Assembly: GCF_009914755.1 (NCBI RefSeq)
Contig: NC_060926.1
Strand: one strand, 5' to 3'
DNA: 64,000 nucleotides
DNA from: the human T2T-CHM13v2.0 reference genome, Homo sapiens
Shown: positions 1 through 14,858 of the stretch, in pieces
How positions within the stretch are numbered: position 1 is the stretch's first letter
Layout: every line of letters begins with the position of its first letter
Program-made: the position numbers and the translations under genes
Notes under the pieces: generated by a model
Database searches by the model: none
Seen by the model: the letters and a program-made list of their open reading frames with translations, nothing else
What the model was told of the DNA's origin: nothing

Positions 1-354
1 TAATCTTATAAGCACATTCTTCAGATTGTCGTGTGGGTGGGTAACTTCCGCCAGACTTTTCTGGAGATGGCTAATCCAGCCGTGGGATGTGGTTTCTTCT
101 AACAGCCAGTCAGGAAAATCTTGCTTCTCAAACTCCTGTCTTGACCCCTTCCTGAACTTTGCCTCCTGGATCTTGAGGTCTGCCTTCTGTGGAAGAGAAA
201 TACTAGAATCAATGAACTGTGAACTAGAGCCCTGGGATTATCAACAGGTAATGGTGATACTGCAGCAGTTGGCTGCATGAGATTTGTGATTACAGACTTG
301 AGAGTGGCTGTCACCTTTGGTGCTACCAGAAGTAGCTTTCAAAACTGCCCTTCT

Positions 355-640
355 GTAACAGAGAATTCTAGAAGGGTGGTCCATGGACCATCTATATTAG
401 AAGGACTTCTGGCTCTGCTTCGCCTGCGGATTACTGGTCCTGCTCAGGCAAACTGAATCAGAATCACTTGTGAGGATGCTTCAATTTGCATTTGTAGACA
501 AACTCCTCAGGTGATAAGGTGACCAAATTATCCAAGTTTTAGCATTGAAAGTCCCACATTCAGGAAAGCCTTTAGTCCTGAGACACTTGGTCACCAAGTG
601 GATATGTCTTATGTACATTGAATTCTTAGAGCTGTCTTAC
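355..640. mobile_element. MER5-like hAT MITE, interrupted by a MER81-like element
   Basis: Contains 'actgaatcagaatc...tttgcattt...aaactcctcaggtgat', typical of MER5; degenerate, so boundaries are approximate. Confidence 0.5.
517..596 (+). mobile_element. MER81-like hAT-Blackjack MITE
   Basis: GGTGACC...GGTCACC terminal inverted repeats with internal 'gttttagcattgaaagtccc'. Confidence 0.6.
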
Positions 641-899
641 AGACCCCAAGGTATGCCACACTAACACGGATGCTACTTTTACTCGGTAAGAATCTCTGAG
701 ACTTTGAGATGACTTTAATCCAGTGTGACATTGGGTGGGGAGCTCCCTCAGACATCGATCTTGATAAGATCCTTCCATGGGAACTTGAGTGTTTGAGAGA
801 CCCAGAGTATGTGTTTTGTTACTTTACTTTTCCTTTCTTTTGAACCTCATGTGCAAGGAGTTGAACTTGGTCTTGAGTTTATAGTACACAATTTAATTC

Positions 900-1950
900 T
901 GTATCTACAAGGCCCTTCTCTGGATTTATGTGGTTATTTATTCTCATTTCCCCACCAGCTCTCCATGCCCAGCAGGCAAACATTACAATGTGATTGTTTT
1001 ATACTCTGAATTTGTTTGTATCTTTGTAAAGCATATAACATTGTTCCTGTGTATTTTAATTTAAACAAATTGTATTCTGCTGCAGACTTCACCCTAACTC
1101 TTGCCTTTTTCTGTTAAGTATTGTGTTTAATGCTGCATGGTCCTTTGACCTGTTGTTTCTTGTGGTAGGCAGCTCTTAAGGTGGCTCCCAATAATGGTGC
1201 CCTGTTGGTACCCATGTCCCTGTACAATCACCTTACCTTGATTGTGGACTATACTTAGTGACCTGCACTTAGTGAACAGAATGTGGCAAAAAGTGACAGT
1301 ATGTTACTTTTGAGACTAAGTTATAAAAAGCCTTTGTCTTCTTCTCTTGTGCCCTCCCTTGCTCACTCTGGTGGAAGCCAGCTGAAATTTTGAGAGCCAC
1401 CTTATAGAAAGCCTAACAGCAAAGACTGGAGAGAGGCTTCCAGCCAACAGCCAGCAAGGAATTGAAGCCCTCAGTCCAATAGCAGTGAGGAATTGAATCC
1501 TGCCAACAGCCTCGTGGGTGAGCTTGGAAGCAAATCCTATTCTAGTCTAGTAGAGACTTGAGAGGACCCATAGCTCTTGCCAACACTTGATTGCAGCATT
1601 GTAAGAGACCCTGAGCCAAAGGACTCAGCTACACCATGCTGGCTCCTCGCCCATAGAGACCATGATATAATAAATGTTTGTTATTTTAAGATGTTAAACT
1701 TGGAGTAATTTGTTACACAGCAATAGATAACTGATATGCTTCTAATCATTGCATGGTGTCCATAGCATATTTTTACCACATTTTACTTGTCCACTTCCTG
1801 CAGATGGGTTGCTTGCTGCCTGAATCTAACTCCTGCTACTACTGCAAATACCACTGCCATGAATATCCTCAGCATGACCCCCTTCCAGACCTGCATGAAC
1901 AGTTGTGTGAAATGTATATGCACAAAGGGACTGCAAGGGAAGACCCAGAG
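900..1950 (-). mobile_element. Old L1ME-type 3' fragment split by MLT1F
   Basis: Degenerate antisense L1 3' sequence on both sides of the LTR, e.g. 'ccacattttacttgtccac...gccatgaatatcc'. Confidence 0.45.
1161..1738 (+). mobile_element. MLT1F-like MaLR solo LTR
   Basis: Starts 'tgtggtaggcagctcttaaggtggctccca', ends 'cagcaatagataactgata'; 5-bp TSD-like tttct/cttct. Confidence 0.8.
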
Positions 1951-2675
1951 ACTAGGGAAGAACTTGGAACAATAATCTCAGTTTCTTCAATTCCTAAACT
2001 TGAGAGTATTGCTGTTTTTAAATGAAAGTATTTTTTCCCCCTAAGCATTTTGTTCTAAAGTTGAGCTGCCTTTGAGGGGAAATAAAGAGACTACCAGATT
2101 AATGGGTTTTTTTCAAATGGGATGGTGGGGTAAGGAATAATCGGGGTGGTCTGTGGAACAACTTGGAGGATTGGTGTTATGTCTCAAGAAGATATTCAAG
2201 TATGTTCCTCCTTTTTTACCCAGACCGACTGCTTCATGCTGGGCTTCAGACATGAGAGGCTAGGAGTAGGAGGCATGCCTTGTTCAAAGGTGAGTGGACA
2301 CATTTATCACCATTAAAACAATGTTTATCTGTTTGGATTTAGTAAATGGCCTCAAGTTCCTGGAAATGTGTGCAGAGACCCCGTGGCCATGAGAAGATCT
2401 GTCATTTTATTTTTTACAGTAGGATGAAATATATTTGGAAGTCATTGGGCTGTAGCTGTCCTACATCAAAAGACGTTTCATAACAAAACACTATCATGCC
2501 CCATTTATAGTAATAGCATGCTGTGCTCTGGCTGCTGTGGGCAAATAAAATATGTTCCTGTAATATAAACAGCCTCACCTTCCCTCTAAAGACTAAAAGG
2601 CCATGAAAGATTTATTTAAATAGGCTTTTGAAACATAGAGACACATGCAAAAACATGTTAAGCATATGGATATAG

Positions 2676-2730
2676 AGATAGATAGATAGATAGATGGATT
2701 AGATAGATAGATGATAGACAGATGATAGAT

Positions 2731-2782
<52 letters not shown>
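2676..2782 (+). repeat. Compound (GATA)n tetranucleotide STR with a pure (GATA)13 block at 2731-2782
   Basis: Read directly; GAT, GACA and GATT interruptions upstream of the pure block. Confidence 0.97.
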
Positions 2783-2783
<1 letters not shown>

Positions 2784-2837
2784 GGATTGTCAGAAATGGA
2801 CTATAAACTCTAAAATTGAATAAATAATGTTAGAAGA

Positions 2838-2895
2838 GAGAATATCAGAGCCAGAAGGGACATTAAAAATTTTTCAGTCCAGGCACCTTTATTTT
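2838..2895. mobile_element. MIR, left part (split by L1MB)
   Basis: 'agaatatcagagccagaagggac...cagtccaggcacc' continues at 4524. Confidence 0.6.
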
Positions 2896-2899
2896 GTTG

Positions 2900-4523
<1,624 letters not shown>

Positions 4524-4640
4524 CAGGCACCTCATTTTACAGAAGAGGAAACTGAGGCCCAGAAAGAGAAGTGGCATGCCCAAGGCTGTGCCAGAAGCAA
4601 AGTGTAAAATAGATCCTGAGCCTCCGACTCCTGGTCAGTG
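4524..4640. mobile_element. MIR core, right part
   Basis: 'ctcattttacagaagaggaaactgaggcccaga'. Confidence 0.8.
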
Positions 4641-4779
4641 CTATACATACATTTACATTTAACATAAATTTAAATTTAAAAAATTTAAATTGGTTGAATA
4701 TGAAAATAAGTTATTTTGTTAGCTCTCGGGTTCACTAATGATGTAATTTCTAACAAATGAATAAAAGTTAGGTTGATGG

Positions 4780-5146
4780 AGCAGGTGATAATTTTAATAT
4801 GTTGTTCACAAATTCTTTGGTATTTCTTTTCTCAAGAGGTGGAACTTAATTCTCCTTTCTTTAAGTGTGAACTGAACTTAGTAACTTGCTCCTAAAGATT
4901 AGAACGTGGCAGAAATGACAGTGAGTGGCTTCTGAGACAAGGTCATAAAAGGCATTACAGTTTCCTCCTCGATTTCTCTCTCAGTAACTCCTCCAGGGGA
5001 CAGCAGCATCTCTTCTGACTCTTTGCTTCCATGTCTTGAGGAAGCAGCCTCCTGCCTATGGCCATCTGAGGAAGCCATCTTGGAAGCAGACCCCTCAGCC
5101 CCAGTCAAGCCTTCAGATGACTGAAGTCTCAGCTGACATCTTGACT

Positions 5147-5194
<48 letters not shown>

Positions 5195-5342
5195 ACAAAA
5201 CTCCAAGCCAGAACTACCCCCAACTGGAATTTGAGAGCTGCTTTCAAATCCTGACCCATAGAAACTTAGATAATAAATGTTTGTTGTTTTAAGCCACTCA
5301 TTTTTAGAGAAATTTGTTATGCAGCAATAGCTAGCTAATACA
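4780..5342 (+). mobile_element. MLT1G/H-like MaLR LTR with an internal A40 tract
   Basis: 'cacaaattctttgg...aagaggtggaactt'; ends 'gcagcaatagctagctaataca'. Confidence 0.75.
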
Positions 5343-5913
5343 GAGAATTAACCAGCCTCTCTTAAATTACCACCACAAAATCAACTACCTATTTTATTAA
5401 AAGGTAAAACCAGCTGCTGAAGAACGTTTTTCCTCTCAAGGCTTTGGCACTTAAGATTCAACAGTAAGAAGGATTGAAGAGTGAAGGCTTCCTGGCTACC
5501 CCGTGGCATCCTGTGTTTGGTTTGAAGCGTGATAAGCCTGGGTTGCTCTTCCAGTCCACCTTGTAAGAGACTGATGTGGAAAAATGTGTCTCTTCTCAAG
5601 GGCTAACTCTGGAAGCTTGGGAAAATATTCTAGATTTGGATCACATTAAAATGGGTATTAGACCTAGGTTCTAGTTCCATCTCTAAGATCTGGATATGTC
5701 AAAATCCTTTTCCCTTTGTAGGTTTTAAGTTTGGCCTCTTTAAATAAAGAAACAATCACCCATGCTTTGTCTTTTAACTTGCTACTTAAAACAAGGAGCT
5801 GAAGACACTGGCCATCATCAAATAACTAATGGACAATTCCCACTGCCTCGCTGAAATTTGCAGTCTGACTCTCATCATCTCTTGCCTTTTTTTTTTTGCT
5901 TTGGCTGTGTTTG

Positions 5914-6674
5914 TGAAACTGCCTTTGCAAAGATTATGAGAGGGAGTCTAGCATGGCCAACTCCATCTTGCTTCTAGCCTCATGGGCTGGCTTCCCTTGC
6001 TCATTCCTAGCCATAGGCCAAGCTAACCATGGGAGGAATTTAGTTTATAGTTTAAATTTGAAGCAAAGATGATACTATTTTATCCCTAAAACAGATCCCT
6101 TCCTTGTTCGGGTTCTGAAACCACCTTTGTAAGACTAATGAAAAGCCACAAGATTAGGATTATGGAAAGGGCCTGAATCCTGCTCAAATGGAGGCATCAT
6201 TTCTATACTTCCTTACTGCTCAGGAGTTATGTGGCCAAATGGCACAGAGTTGTGACTTCCTCAATTGCTCCTGTGGATAACATCACTATTGTAGAACCTA
6301 AGGCTGGTCTTTTGAGCTGTTTTTCAGATTTTTGCATTCTGGCAACTGAGTGATGCCTCCCAGACTCATGACTCAACCAGTCCTATGGCCTCCACCCAGA
6401 GGTGGACTCAGCACATGAGGACTGTTTTCCTCGCACTTCTGTGATCTCATCCCTAACCAATCAGTAGCACTCATTCCCTAGCTCCCTGCCCACCAAATTT
6501 TCCATAAAAAGCCTAGCCTCTGAGCTCTTGGGGAGATTGACTTGAGTGATAAACTCCAGTTCTTCTCTATGGCCAGTCTTGTATTAATTAAACTCTTTCT
6601 TTACTGCAATACCATGGTCTCAGTGAATGGTTTGATCTGTGCAGCATGCAGGAAAAACTCATCAATCAATTACA
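5914..6674 (+). mobile_element. LTR8A/B-like ERV1 solo LTR
   Basis: TG...CA termini ('tgaaactgcctttgcaaagattatga'...'caattaca'); perfect 4-bp TSD TTTG at 5910-5913 and 6675-6678. Confidence 0.85.
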
Positions 6675-6794
6675 TTTGTCACTAAGTCCTCTCAGCTGGA
6701 GACTCATCAATGATATTAAATTTTAAAAAACTACCAAGCGAATACAATTCAAGTGGAAGCTCACCTGTGGAGCAATGGGAACACACTGTTATTC

Positions 6795-7140
6795 AACAGG
6801 GCTGAAGTCTGAATCAGATGCCCGGAGGAGATACGTTGTCTTGGCTTTGCCACTCACTGGCTATGTGATCTTGGATAAGTCACCTCACTCCTCTTGATCT
6901 CAGCTCCCTCTTCTTTAAGAAAAAAAATAAAGTAGTGATAATTTTAATAGTCAACATTTACTGACTGTAATCTAAAAATGGGGTTAAGTAAATTGCATGC
7001 ATTACCTTTAACACAACTGTGACATAGGAATTATTGTAACATAAACAGCCTCATAAAATCTGTATTTTACAGATAAGGAAACTAAGTTTCAGAGATAATA
7101 AGTGGTGGAGCCGGATTCAAACCCAAGTTCTTAACCACCA
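6795..7140. mobile_element. Two MIR fragments in opposite orientation
   Basis: 'ggctatgtgatcttggataagtcac' and 'ttttacagataaggaaactaag'. Confidence 0.65.
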
Positions 7141-10100
7141 AGATCATAGCAATTATAAATCAGTTTCAGCTTGAATTTGAACTCTCTGGATGCTAGGATT
7201 CAGAAGAGATGTGACATCTGTGAAGAACTGATGGTGTCAGTCTGCCAGGCATTTAGTTATATGAGGAACCCAGAGTGAGGTTAGCATCAGGGAGTCACTG
7301 GTTCTAGAGCAGAGGGAAGATTCTATTTACTTTTGATGTTGGTCACTACAAAGTTATGGTGCCAGCAAGAGAGCAAAGTAAAAACAAAAAGGCCTGGGAT
7401 ATTAGTATGCAGGTCATCTGGAGAATTGGTGCCAGCATCTTCTGTAGTAATTGATGAGGATGCCCCATCATTGACATCAACGACGTTGACAGTGGACACT
7501 GGCAGGAATTGAATGCCTTGAGCAGACACCAGTCACAGTGTCGGCAGTGGCTGGGAGTCATTACCCCCAATGTGCCACGGCCGGAGGGGATAAATGCAGC
7601 AGATGTCACATGGCAGCCCAGAGGAGCAGTTTGCAGAGCACATGTGAGAAACCCTCTGAGGATACCCAGGAGACACCACGGGAGACAGAAACCCAGGACT
7701 GTACTTGAATGAAATTCGAGAGAGAGCTTACATTTCTATAGAACAGAAGTGTATCTTCCTGAAGAAATTTTGTGTTTGCTCTTGAGATCCTATTTTTACC
7801 CTCAGACTTGGGTGGTCTGAAAAATGTAGGTTAATGATGAGATGGAAGGGTGCGACTCCACAGTGCTCTGCAAGGGTCTTTCACTTTGCCTCATGATTCC
7901 CAGAATTACAGCATTTCAAACTCCATTGACAGAAACACCAGGGCTGGCAAATGCAGTGCAGATCCATTGGTGAGTCTTGAAAGGATTTCTGATGCTAATT
8001 TGTTGCCCTTGGGACTAACTGGAGTTAAATTATGATTATTCCTAATGTGGTGGTCCCAGTACTGTTTGGCGAGGAACGTGAATACTTTCTCTAACTGGCC
8101 ACAGTGCTCTCCAGGGAAAGATGTTTGATCTGGGGCACTGAGGCATTCTTCCCTGCTGATTGTTGGGAAATGCAGCTCCTCTGTGGAAAGGGGCTTTGCT
8201 GCCATCGTATTGAGGTAAGTGCCTATAGGGAAGAGAGGTGAAGTGGGGGAGACGTAGACCACATTCCTCCTACCAGGAAAAAGGGGCTGGCTTCTTTCTG
8301 AGAACTGCTTTCTGCTGGGAAGGGGCTGGATGAGCCATGTAACCCCACCTTTTGCTTGGAAATGAAGAGCTTTCCCACTCCAGAGGAAGGAGAGGGGAGG
8401 AGAGGAGGGAAAGGGCTGCAGAGCATGTTCCTCCCGTTCCCTCTCAAGCAGAAAGGAAAGCTGTCTTCAATTAGGAAGGGGAAGGAGATTCAAAACATCT
8501 GGCGGGAAAAGTGCTGGTTCTGGAGGGTCTTTGGGAGGAGGATGGAGGCTTGTGGACAGCGCGCCTGCCTTGCTGGACCTGACACAGCCCTCTGAGAGTC
8601 TGTCACCACCTCTTCCTCTTCAGCTCTGTCTGGTCTCCTTGTGAGGCTGAGGCCTTTGGCTGCCTCCTGCCCTGGGCTAAAGGAAGCAGTAACAGCAGCC
8701 ACAACCTGGGCAGCACAGCCCACAGCTTTCTCCTCGGGGGTCAATGGGTAATTTGCACAACAGAGAGACCACCCACGGAGGCAGTACAGAGTTCACAACC
8801 TCTAGCACTTAGGCATCTAATCAGTTTGGTTTTGCCTGTGGAGAGCTTCCCCTTGAATCTCAAAGCTACCAAGCTGCCTTCCTCCCCATCCTTTAAAATA
8901 CTTCCAGGCTCCCATCTCCTCTTAGGAGCCTTCTTGAAATATTTGCAGAAACTTTATATTCCTCCTCCCCAACCACATACACAATGTCACAGCTGCCTCT
9001 TCCATTTGCTTGCATCTCCTGTGGACTGCTCACCTTCTCCACCCCAAGCAAAGCAGATGGCTGAGGGACATTCAGGTTGCTTACAGAGCTGTGGAAAATT
9101 CTCTGGAAATCACCTGCCTGTCCTAGAGACCCCAGGTTTCCCAGGAGTCACAAGGCACCAAAGCCTGGAGGTTCCTTAAAGATCACCTGCTGGGTGGGAT
9201 TTACTACATTCCCCAGGAGGTCACGGCCCAGGGCCTCTGATCAGGATTTCCTTTGGGGTGGGCAGATTGGGTGTGGAAAGGAGGCCAGGAAAGGCCTTTT
9301 GGTTTTCTCAATGACTGACAGAGCAGAGGGGTGATCTGAGAAGGAGCTGGGCATTCCAGGATTGTGCAAATGTGGGCCCAGCATCTGTTTTCCATTAGCC
9401 TCTTTCATTGAAACATGGTAGTCTCTTATGAGTTTAAAGTTTGTATTAAGCATCCAGGCCCTAGAAAGTTCTTTGTTTCATGGAAGGTGAACTCCCCATC
9501 CCACTTAAAAGCCATGGAATTGTGTGCCATATCCCAAAGGAGCACCCATTCAAAGGCACATGCCAAAGCTTTATCCCTGCCCTATGGGCCATGATGGCTC
9601 CTGAGACTTCCAGCCATGATGGCAAGAAGCAGTTGACTATCACTCCTAAACCTCAGCTGGTTCATGTATAGGAATGCATATTGCTGCAAAATTATAGCAT
9701 CATGGACTTTAGAGTTGAAAGGAATTTTAAACGTTGAGACTGATTTTTATTTGACACAAAAAGAAATGAAGTTCCAGAGAAGTTACATGATGTAACCAAG
9801 GTCACACAACCAACTGAAACACCTAGGTATTAGTCCATGTTTTGCAAGGACCTTTGACACTGCTGTTTTCGTGATATACTGCATTAGAGTAAGACACTAA
9901 GAGACCCTAGGTATGAAAAAAAAGATGTAACATTAAAAATAAATACAACATTAAACTTAAAAAGATTAGACTTACAAATTTTACTAAAGGGAAAATAAAT
10001 TGTTGCCCCCTAGATGTTTTGATTGCAAAATTCTGCAAAAGTTCATTAGAGATGAGGTTTTCTATTTTTTGTTTATATCCTGCTCACCCTGGTGCTTTGT

Positions 10101-12148
10101 AGCACGTAGTCAGTCTTGCCAACTGGGTAGATAACCAACAATGATACATGCCATATATTTTGAGAGTAAGCACATTTAAAGAACAGGAGTCCCACACTCT
10201 CTTTTTCCCTTTGGTTCTTCCGTGAGGGCTCTGTGAGGGGGAGGAATTTCAGGAGTTAAACGTTTAAGGGCTCGAAAGGGACACCGGGCCAGAATCCCCC
10301 AGCTAAGCTGGTTCTGGCATTATCTTGCTAGCAGTCATTTCTAGTCACTTGGTATTTGTGCCATGCCTGGCCTCCTTAGGAATCTGAGGAAGGACTAAAG
10401 CCTGTTTGGTGTGATCACTTTTTCTGCCCCAAAGGCTTCCTGCATCACCAGCCAAGAACCCAACCCAATGAGTGAGTGAAGAGCCAGAAAGACCAGACTG
10501 GTGCACACAGGGACATTGGCTAATTTTAGATCCAGGGACTGGGTGGGGACCAGATATGAGGGTGGGGATCTTGGATGGAGGCCACTTGAAGATTGAAGGC
10601 TAAATGTTGGGGCCTAAGACTCTCCAAGAACGTGCAGGAGAAAGACTTTGTGGGTCCCATGGAGCAGACATAAATAGGGGGTGCAGTGATGGACACAGGA
10701 GTGTGAAAGTCTCCTGAGAAAAGTGGAAAAGGCCTTTTCAGTCTAGTAAGTTGATATATTAACTCACACCAATCTTTTCCTCCATTTCAGAAGCAGAATT
10801 TCCTTCATTTGCATAGCCCTTTTTACACTGATCCTTTTAAGACTGGAAGGCGATTGTTACTTGATAAACTCAAAGAATTGAGGACAACAGACAGATGACA
10901 GACAGAATAAAAATGAACACAAGTGATGACCACACCATTCAGAATCATAGGTTGCCACTCATCCTTCCAGGCAAAGTTGACTGTAAAATATAAGATTGAC
11001 TCTTCTTTTAGTATTTTGAATTTTTTTCCGTATCATTTTAACTGGGAGATTTGCTTGATTAAAATTTTCAAAGAGGATTTCAAAGCAGTATCCAGAACCT
11101 CTGAAAGCTGGTCTCATGGCTGAGGTGTGAGTGGAACATATTATTCTTCCGTTCCCTCACTTGGAAGCAGCAGTTGAAAATATTTAGGTTTTTTACTTCT
11201 AATTTCCACACCATGAAAACCCAGAGGCATGTTCTGATAGATGGCCAACTGGCACTTTTATAATTTTTAAAAGAGCTGACAATTAAAAAGATGTGGGATG
11301 GGGGAAAATAAAGAGAATTCCTCCCTAAAAAAGTAAACAAGTACTAATTTTTTTATTATTTGGGTGATCAGTGCTAATCAGATTGACTTTATTTGGAGGC
11401 CCTGAGAACCACATGGTACCAAAAATCCAGACTCAGAATAATGCCATGTGTGAGATACTGAGCTAAGCTTGAGAAACTAGATCCACTTCTGTTTGGAGAG
11501 GAGGTGAAGAGGGGGATGAGGAGGAGGAAAGCCCGATTTTTCCTTTGTTTCCTTTTGAAATAAAGCAAGAAAGTGCTGAAACACCCTTCTTAGGCTGGTG
11601 GGAAATCAAGGCTAACTGATCCCAGGTGGATTAAGTAGCCAGCGAGTCCAGGAAATGTCTAGTCCAGTGACCTTCTGACAGGTAGGGGGTTGGGAGCTGG
11701 CTATGCCCACCTCAGGACCTTCAGGAATCCCACACCTGCCCTCTGAGGTGCTGCTGCCTTGACCGACCTTTTCACACCCAGAGCCAAGAATTACAGCCTG
11801 TCTGAGCTCACCTCTCTGTGACCTCCCAGTCCTACTCCTTTACCCGGAGACACATCTGGGGCCCAGCTGAGCTCAGATGTTGGAAGGGCTTATCACACCC
11901 ATCCTCCTCCAACTGCCCCAGGTGCCCAGGGAAAAGTGATCACCAAGGCAACAAAGGGACCTCCTGCGACCTTGGGTCACCCTCTGAGATGAACATTTGG
12001 GGAATGAGGTTAAGGGATCCTGGACCAGCACGCTTTTCCAAAAGGACACTGCTCATCCACCTCTGTAGGACTTACTGGGCCATCCTGACCGCACCACCCA
12101 GTGAATCCCACTAGAAAGCAGGTCCATACAGAGCAGAGGCCTTTTCTA

Positions 12149-12206
12149 TTAGGTTGGTGCAAAGGTAATTTCAGTTCTTGCCATTTTTTTTTTAACAGCA
12201 ACCTAA
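12149..12206. mobile_element. MADE1 (Hsmar1 MITE), internally deleted
   Basis: TTAGGTTGGTGCAAA...CAACCTAA terminal repeats flanked by a TA TSD. Confidence 0.85.
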
Positions 12207-12501
12207 TACTTCAAACTGCATTTCCACTGCCCTGCACAATGCCTGGCACAAGTGGGAATGTAGCACATGCTTGTTAAATGAATGCAGGAATGAATGAAGG
12301 AGGCTCCATGGGCCCCAATCTTCCTGACAATGTACTGTGCTCCAGAACCTATGGCCTTTTTTCTTTACCTCTCACCCTTCTTTTCTTGATCTATGCCTTC
12401 CTTTTCAAGGGCCCTTTCTCTCAGTTTCATAACACTTGGAAGGCACTCAGAGCCCATTTAAAATCAACGTGACGATGCACAGGACCATACTTATTCCCAG
12501 T

Positions 12502-12922
12502 TGCATTAATTTCCTTAGGCAGCCATAACAAAACACCACACACAAGGGACCTTAAACAACAGAAATGTGTTTTCTCACAGTTGTGAAGGCTGGAAGGAAG
12601 CCCAGGATCAAGGTATCAGCAGGGTTAGGTTCTGCTGACCTCTCTCCTTGGTTCATAAATAGCCACCTCTGGCTATGTCCTAACATGGCCTTTTCTCTGT
12701 ACATGTGTAGAGAGAGAAAAAGAGAGAGAGGGAGTACGAATCTCTGGTATCTTTTCCTCTTGCTGTAAGGACATCAGTCCCATGGGATTAGGGCTCCATT
12801 CTTATGACCTCATTTAACTTTTTAAAATTACCCCATTAAAGGCCCTATTTTTTATTATAACCCCTTTGAGGATTATAGCTTCAACCTATGGATTTTGGGG
12901 GGATACCACTAAGTTCATAACA
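12502..12922 (-). mobile_element. MLT1B-like MaLR LTR
   Basis: 'gccataacaaaacaccac...aaacaacagaaatg...ggattagggctccattcttatgacctcatttaac'. Confidence 0.8.
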
Positions 12923-13454
12923 TCAGGCAAAAGGAGTTCTCTGATGGGTCCCACAATCTGGAGGTACCACTCTGGCCCTCCTCTGGTCATGCCCTTCCCC
13001 AGAGCATGAGCAACCTACCAGATTATAGGGTCATGTCCATCCAGAGCTGGCGCTCCACCTTCTAGACTATATTCTGGGTACATGGTACCCCAAAATTCCT
13101 TTCCCAAGGAAGGACCCTGCCTCCCACTCAGTGGGTGGCCATGGAGCAGCTATTTCAGGGGAGCCAAAACAGAGCTTGGAATGTGAGCCAGTTTGTCTAC
13201 ACATGAGCCTGCCAGGCCCTCCATGACGTGGGAAGATGCCTGGGGAGGAAAAAGAGAGGGGGTAACCCAGGATCATGGGGCCGGAGGCTGGGACTACAGC
13301 CAGCTTACCACAAGCCACCATATTGTGGCAGGAGGACAGTACATATTTATTTAATACTTCCTTAGCTTCCTATAGAGCTTTTACATATTTAGACGTGATA
13401 GATGGGCCTCCTTTTGTACTCCTCCCCTGGGCACAGTAAATGTTACACATGGGC

Positions 13455-13585
13455 TCGACCTACATTCTGGTTTGTCCTAGGACAATCCGAGTTTATGCCT
13501 GATGTCCTACAGTATTATTAATACCATCACACTTTCATTTTCAATGTCCTGTTTGGGGACAATAAATTGTGTGCTCTGCTCAGCT
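13455..13585 (-). mobile_element. MER94-like hAT-Blackjack MITE
   Basis: 'ggtttgtcctaggacaatccgagtttatgcctg...tattattaata...ggacaataaat'. Confidence 0.55.
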
Positions 13586-14734
13586 ATAAGATACAACATT
13601 AACACAGAAGTTGGGGAACCGACCGAGAAGAGGTTGATCTAGAATAATGAAATAGTTGTTAACCCACCCCTGAGCTGGCTGCAGGATGTACGAGATGTAC
13701 AAGACACGCTTCCTCCCCAAGGAGTTTGTTGATTATGTCTAGGGCACCAGACTCACACTTTGCTTTCTCTAGAGAACAATGCAGGAAAGTGCACAGATGT
13801 AGTTGAGTACTTAATTAATCAGGGCCCAAATATACGGTGTGGATAGTGAAAGGAATATGACTGTCTGCAGAATTCTCCAAACTAGGGCTTCTTAGGCTGG
13901 AGCACATAAAATGGAAAACTAGTTCAACAGAAAGAATAGTAATACAAAAGGAATAGAAATCTTTCTGTACATATAAAACAATAAACAAAAGAAGCCCATG
14001 AAACTCCCTTAATGCCTCTCACAGCCCCCTGGGTTAAGGACTGAGCAAAGGTTTGAGGCATTTTCTTTTTCTGCATCCAAGTCCTTATTTTCAATTAACA
14101 CTCTCATCACATCCCTTCCTGGGGACAGGAGCCTGAGGAAGCTTGAACAGGTAGGGACCATCTGGACCAGCTGCACTGGCTGTAGTCTGGTTGTTTTAAA
14201 TCTCACCTTGCTCCTTCCCTCTGGTCCCTCAACTCCCTTCTCCAGATGCTCAGGCCTATATGTCTTGATCTCATGAAAGCTCTGAAGCTCTGTGACCTTT
14301 TCTGACAACTTACTCTCTGTGCTGATTTTCTTTTGCGTAAAGCACCTGCCATATGGACACATCTTCCTAGTTACCCTCTCATCTGTGAGAGTCCACTGGA
14401 TTGGAGTACCACAGTTAGGTTCACAACCCTGAGTCTGTACGGAGTCTCTGAGGTCATTACCTCTCTCTTTGTGCCAGTATAAGGGATGGTTTTTTAATTG
14501 AGATCTTTATTAATTTTCACATGTAACTTTTACACAATAGATAATATATCCCCACAGAATAATATTCAGAATATACAAAAGGGAATACTGTAAAAAGCCT
14601 TATGTATTCAGTTCCTTTCTAGTTTTGCGTATTTTTTCCAGAGAGGTTTATTTTCTGTCTCTTATTATTCCTTTTAAAAAATACAAGAGCGAATATGCAA
14701 AGCATATTGCTCTACACTGGCTTTTGTTTTAAGT

Positions 14735-14808
14735 AAACCTTCTGTTTTAGAATAGCTTTAAATTTATAAAAAATTGCAAAAGTAGAATAGAGAGTTCCTA
14801 TTAACCCC

Positions 14809-14858
<50 letters not shown>

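Noticed and set aside
7323-7529. Minus-strand ORF with cadherin-like words (VNVVDVND, EDAGTNS)
   Set aside because: Spacing between the motifs is far too short for a cadherin repeat, the NxP motif is absent and there is no exon context; likely chance.
10001-10018. CTCF-like core (reverse strand CTAGGGGGCA); similar partial match at ~19676
   Set aside because: Only partial motif matches; not distinguishable from background by eye.
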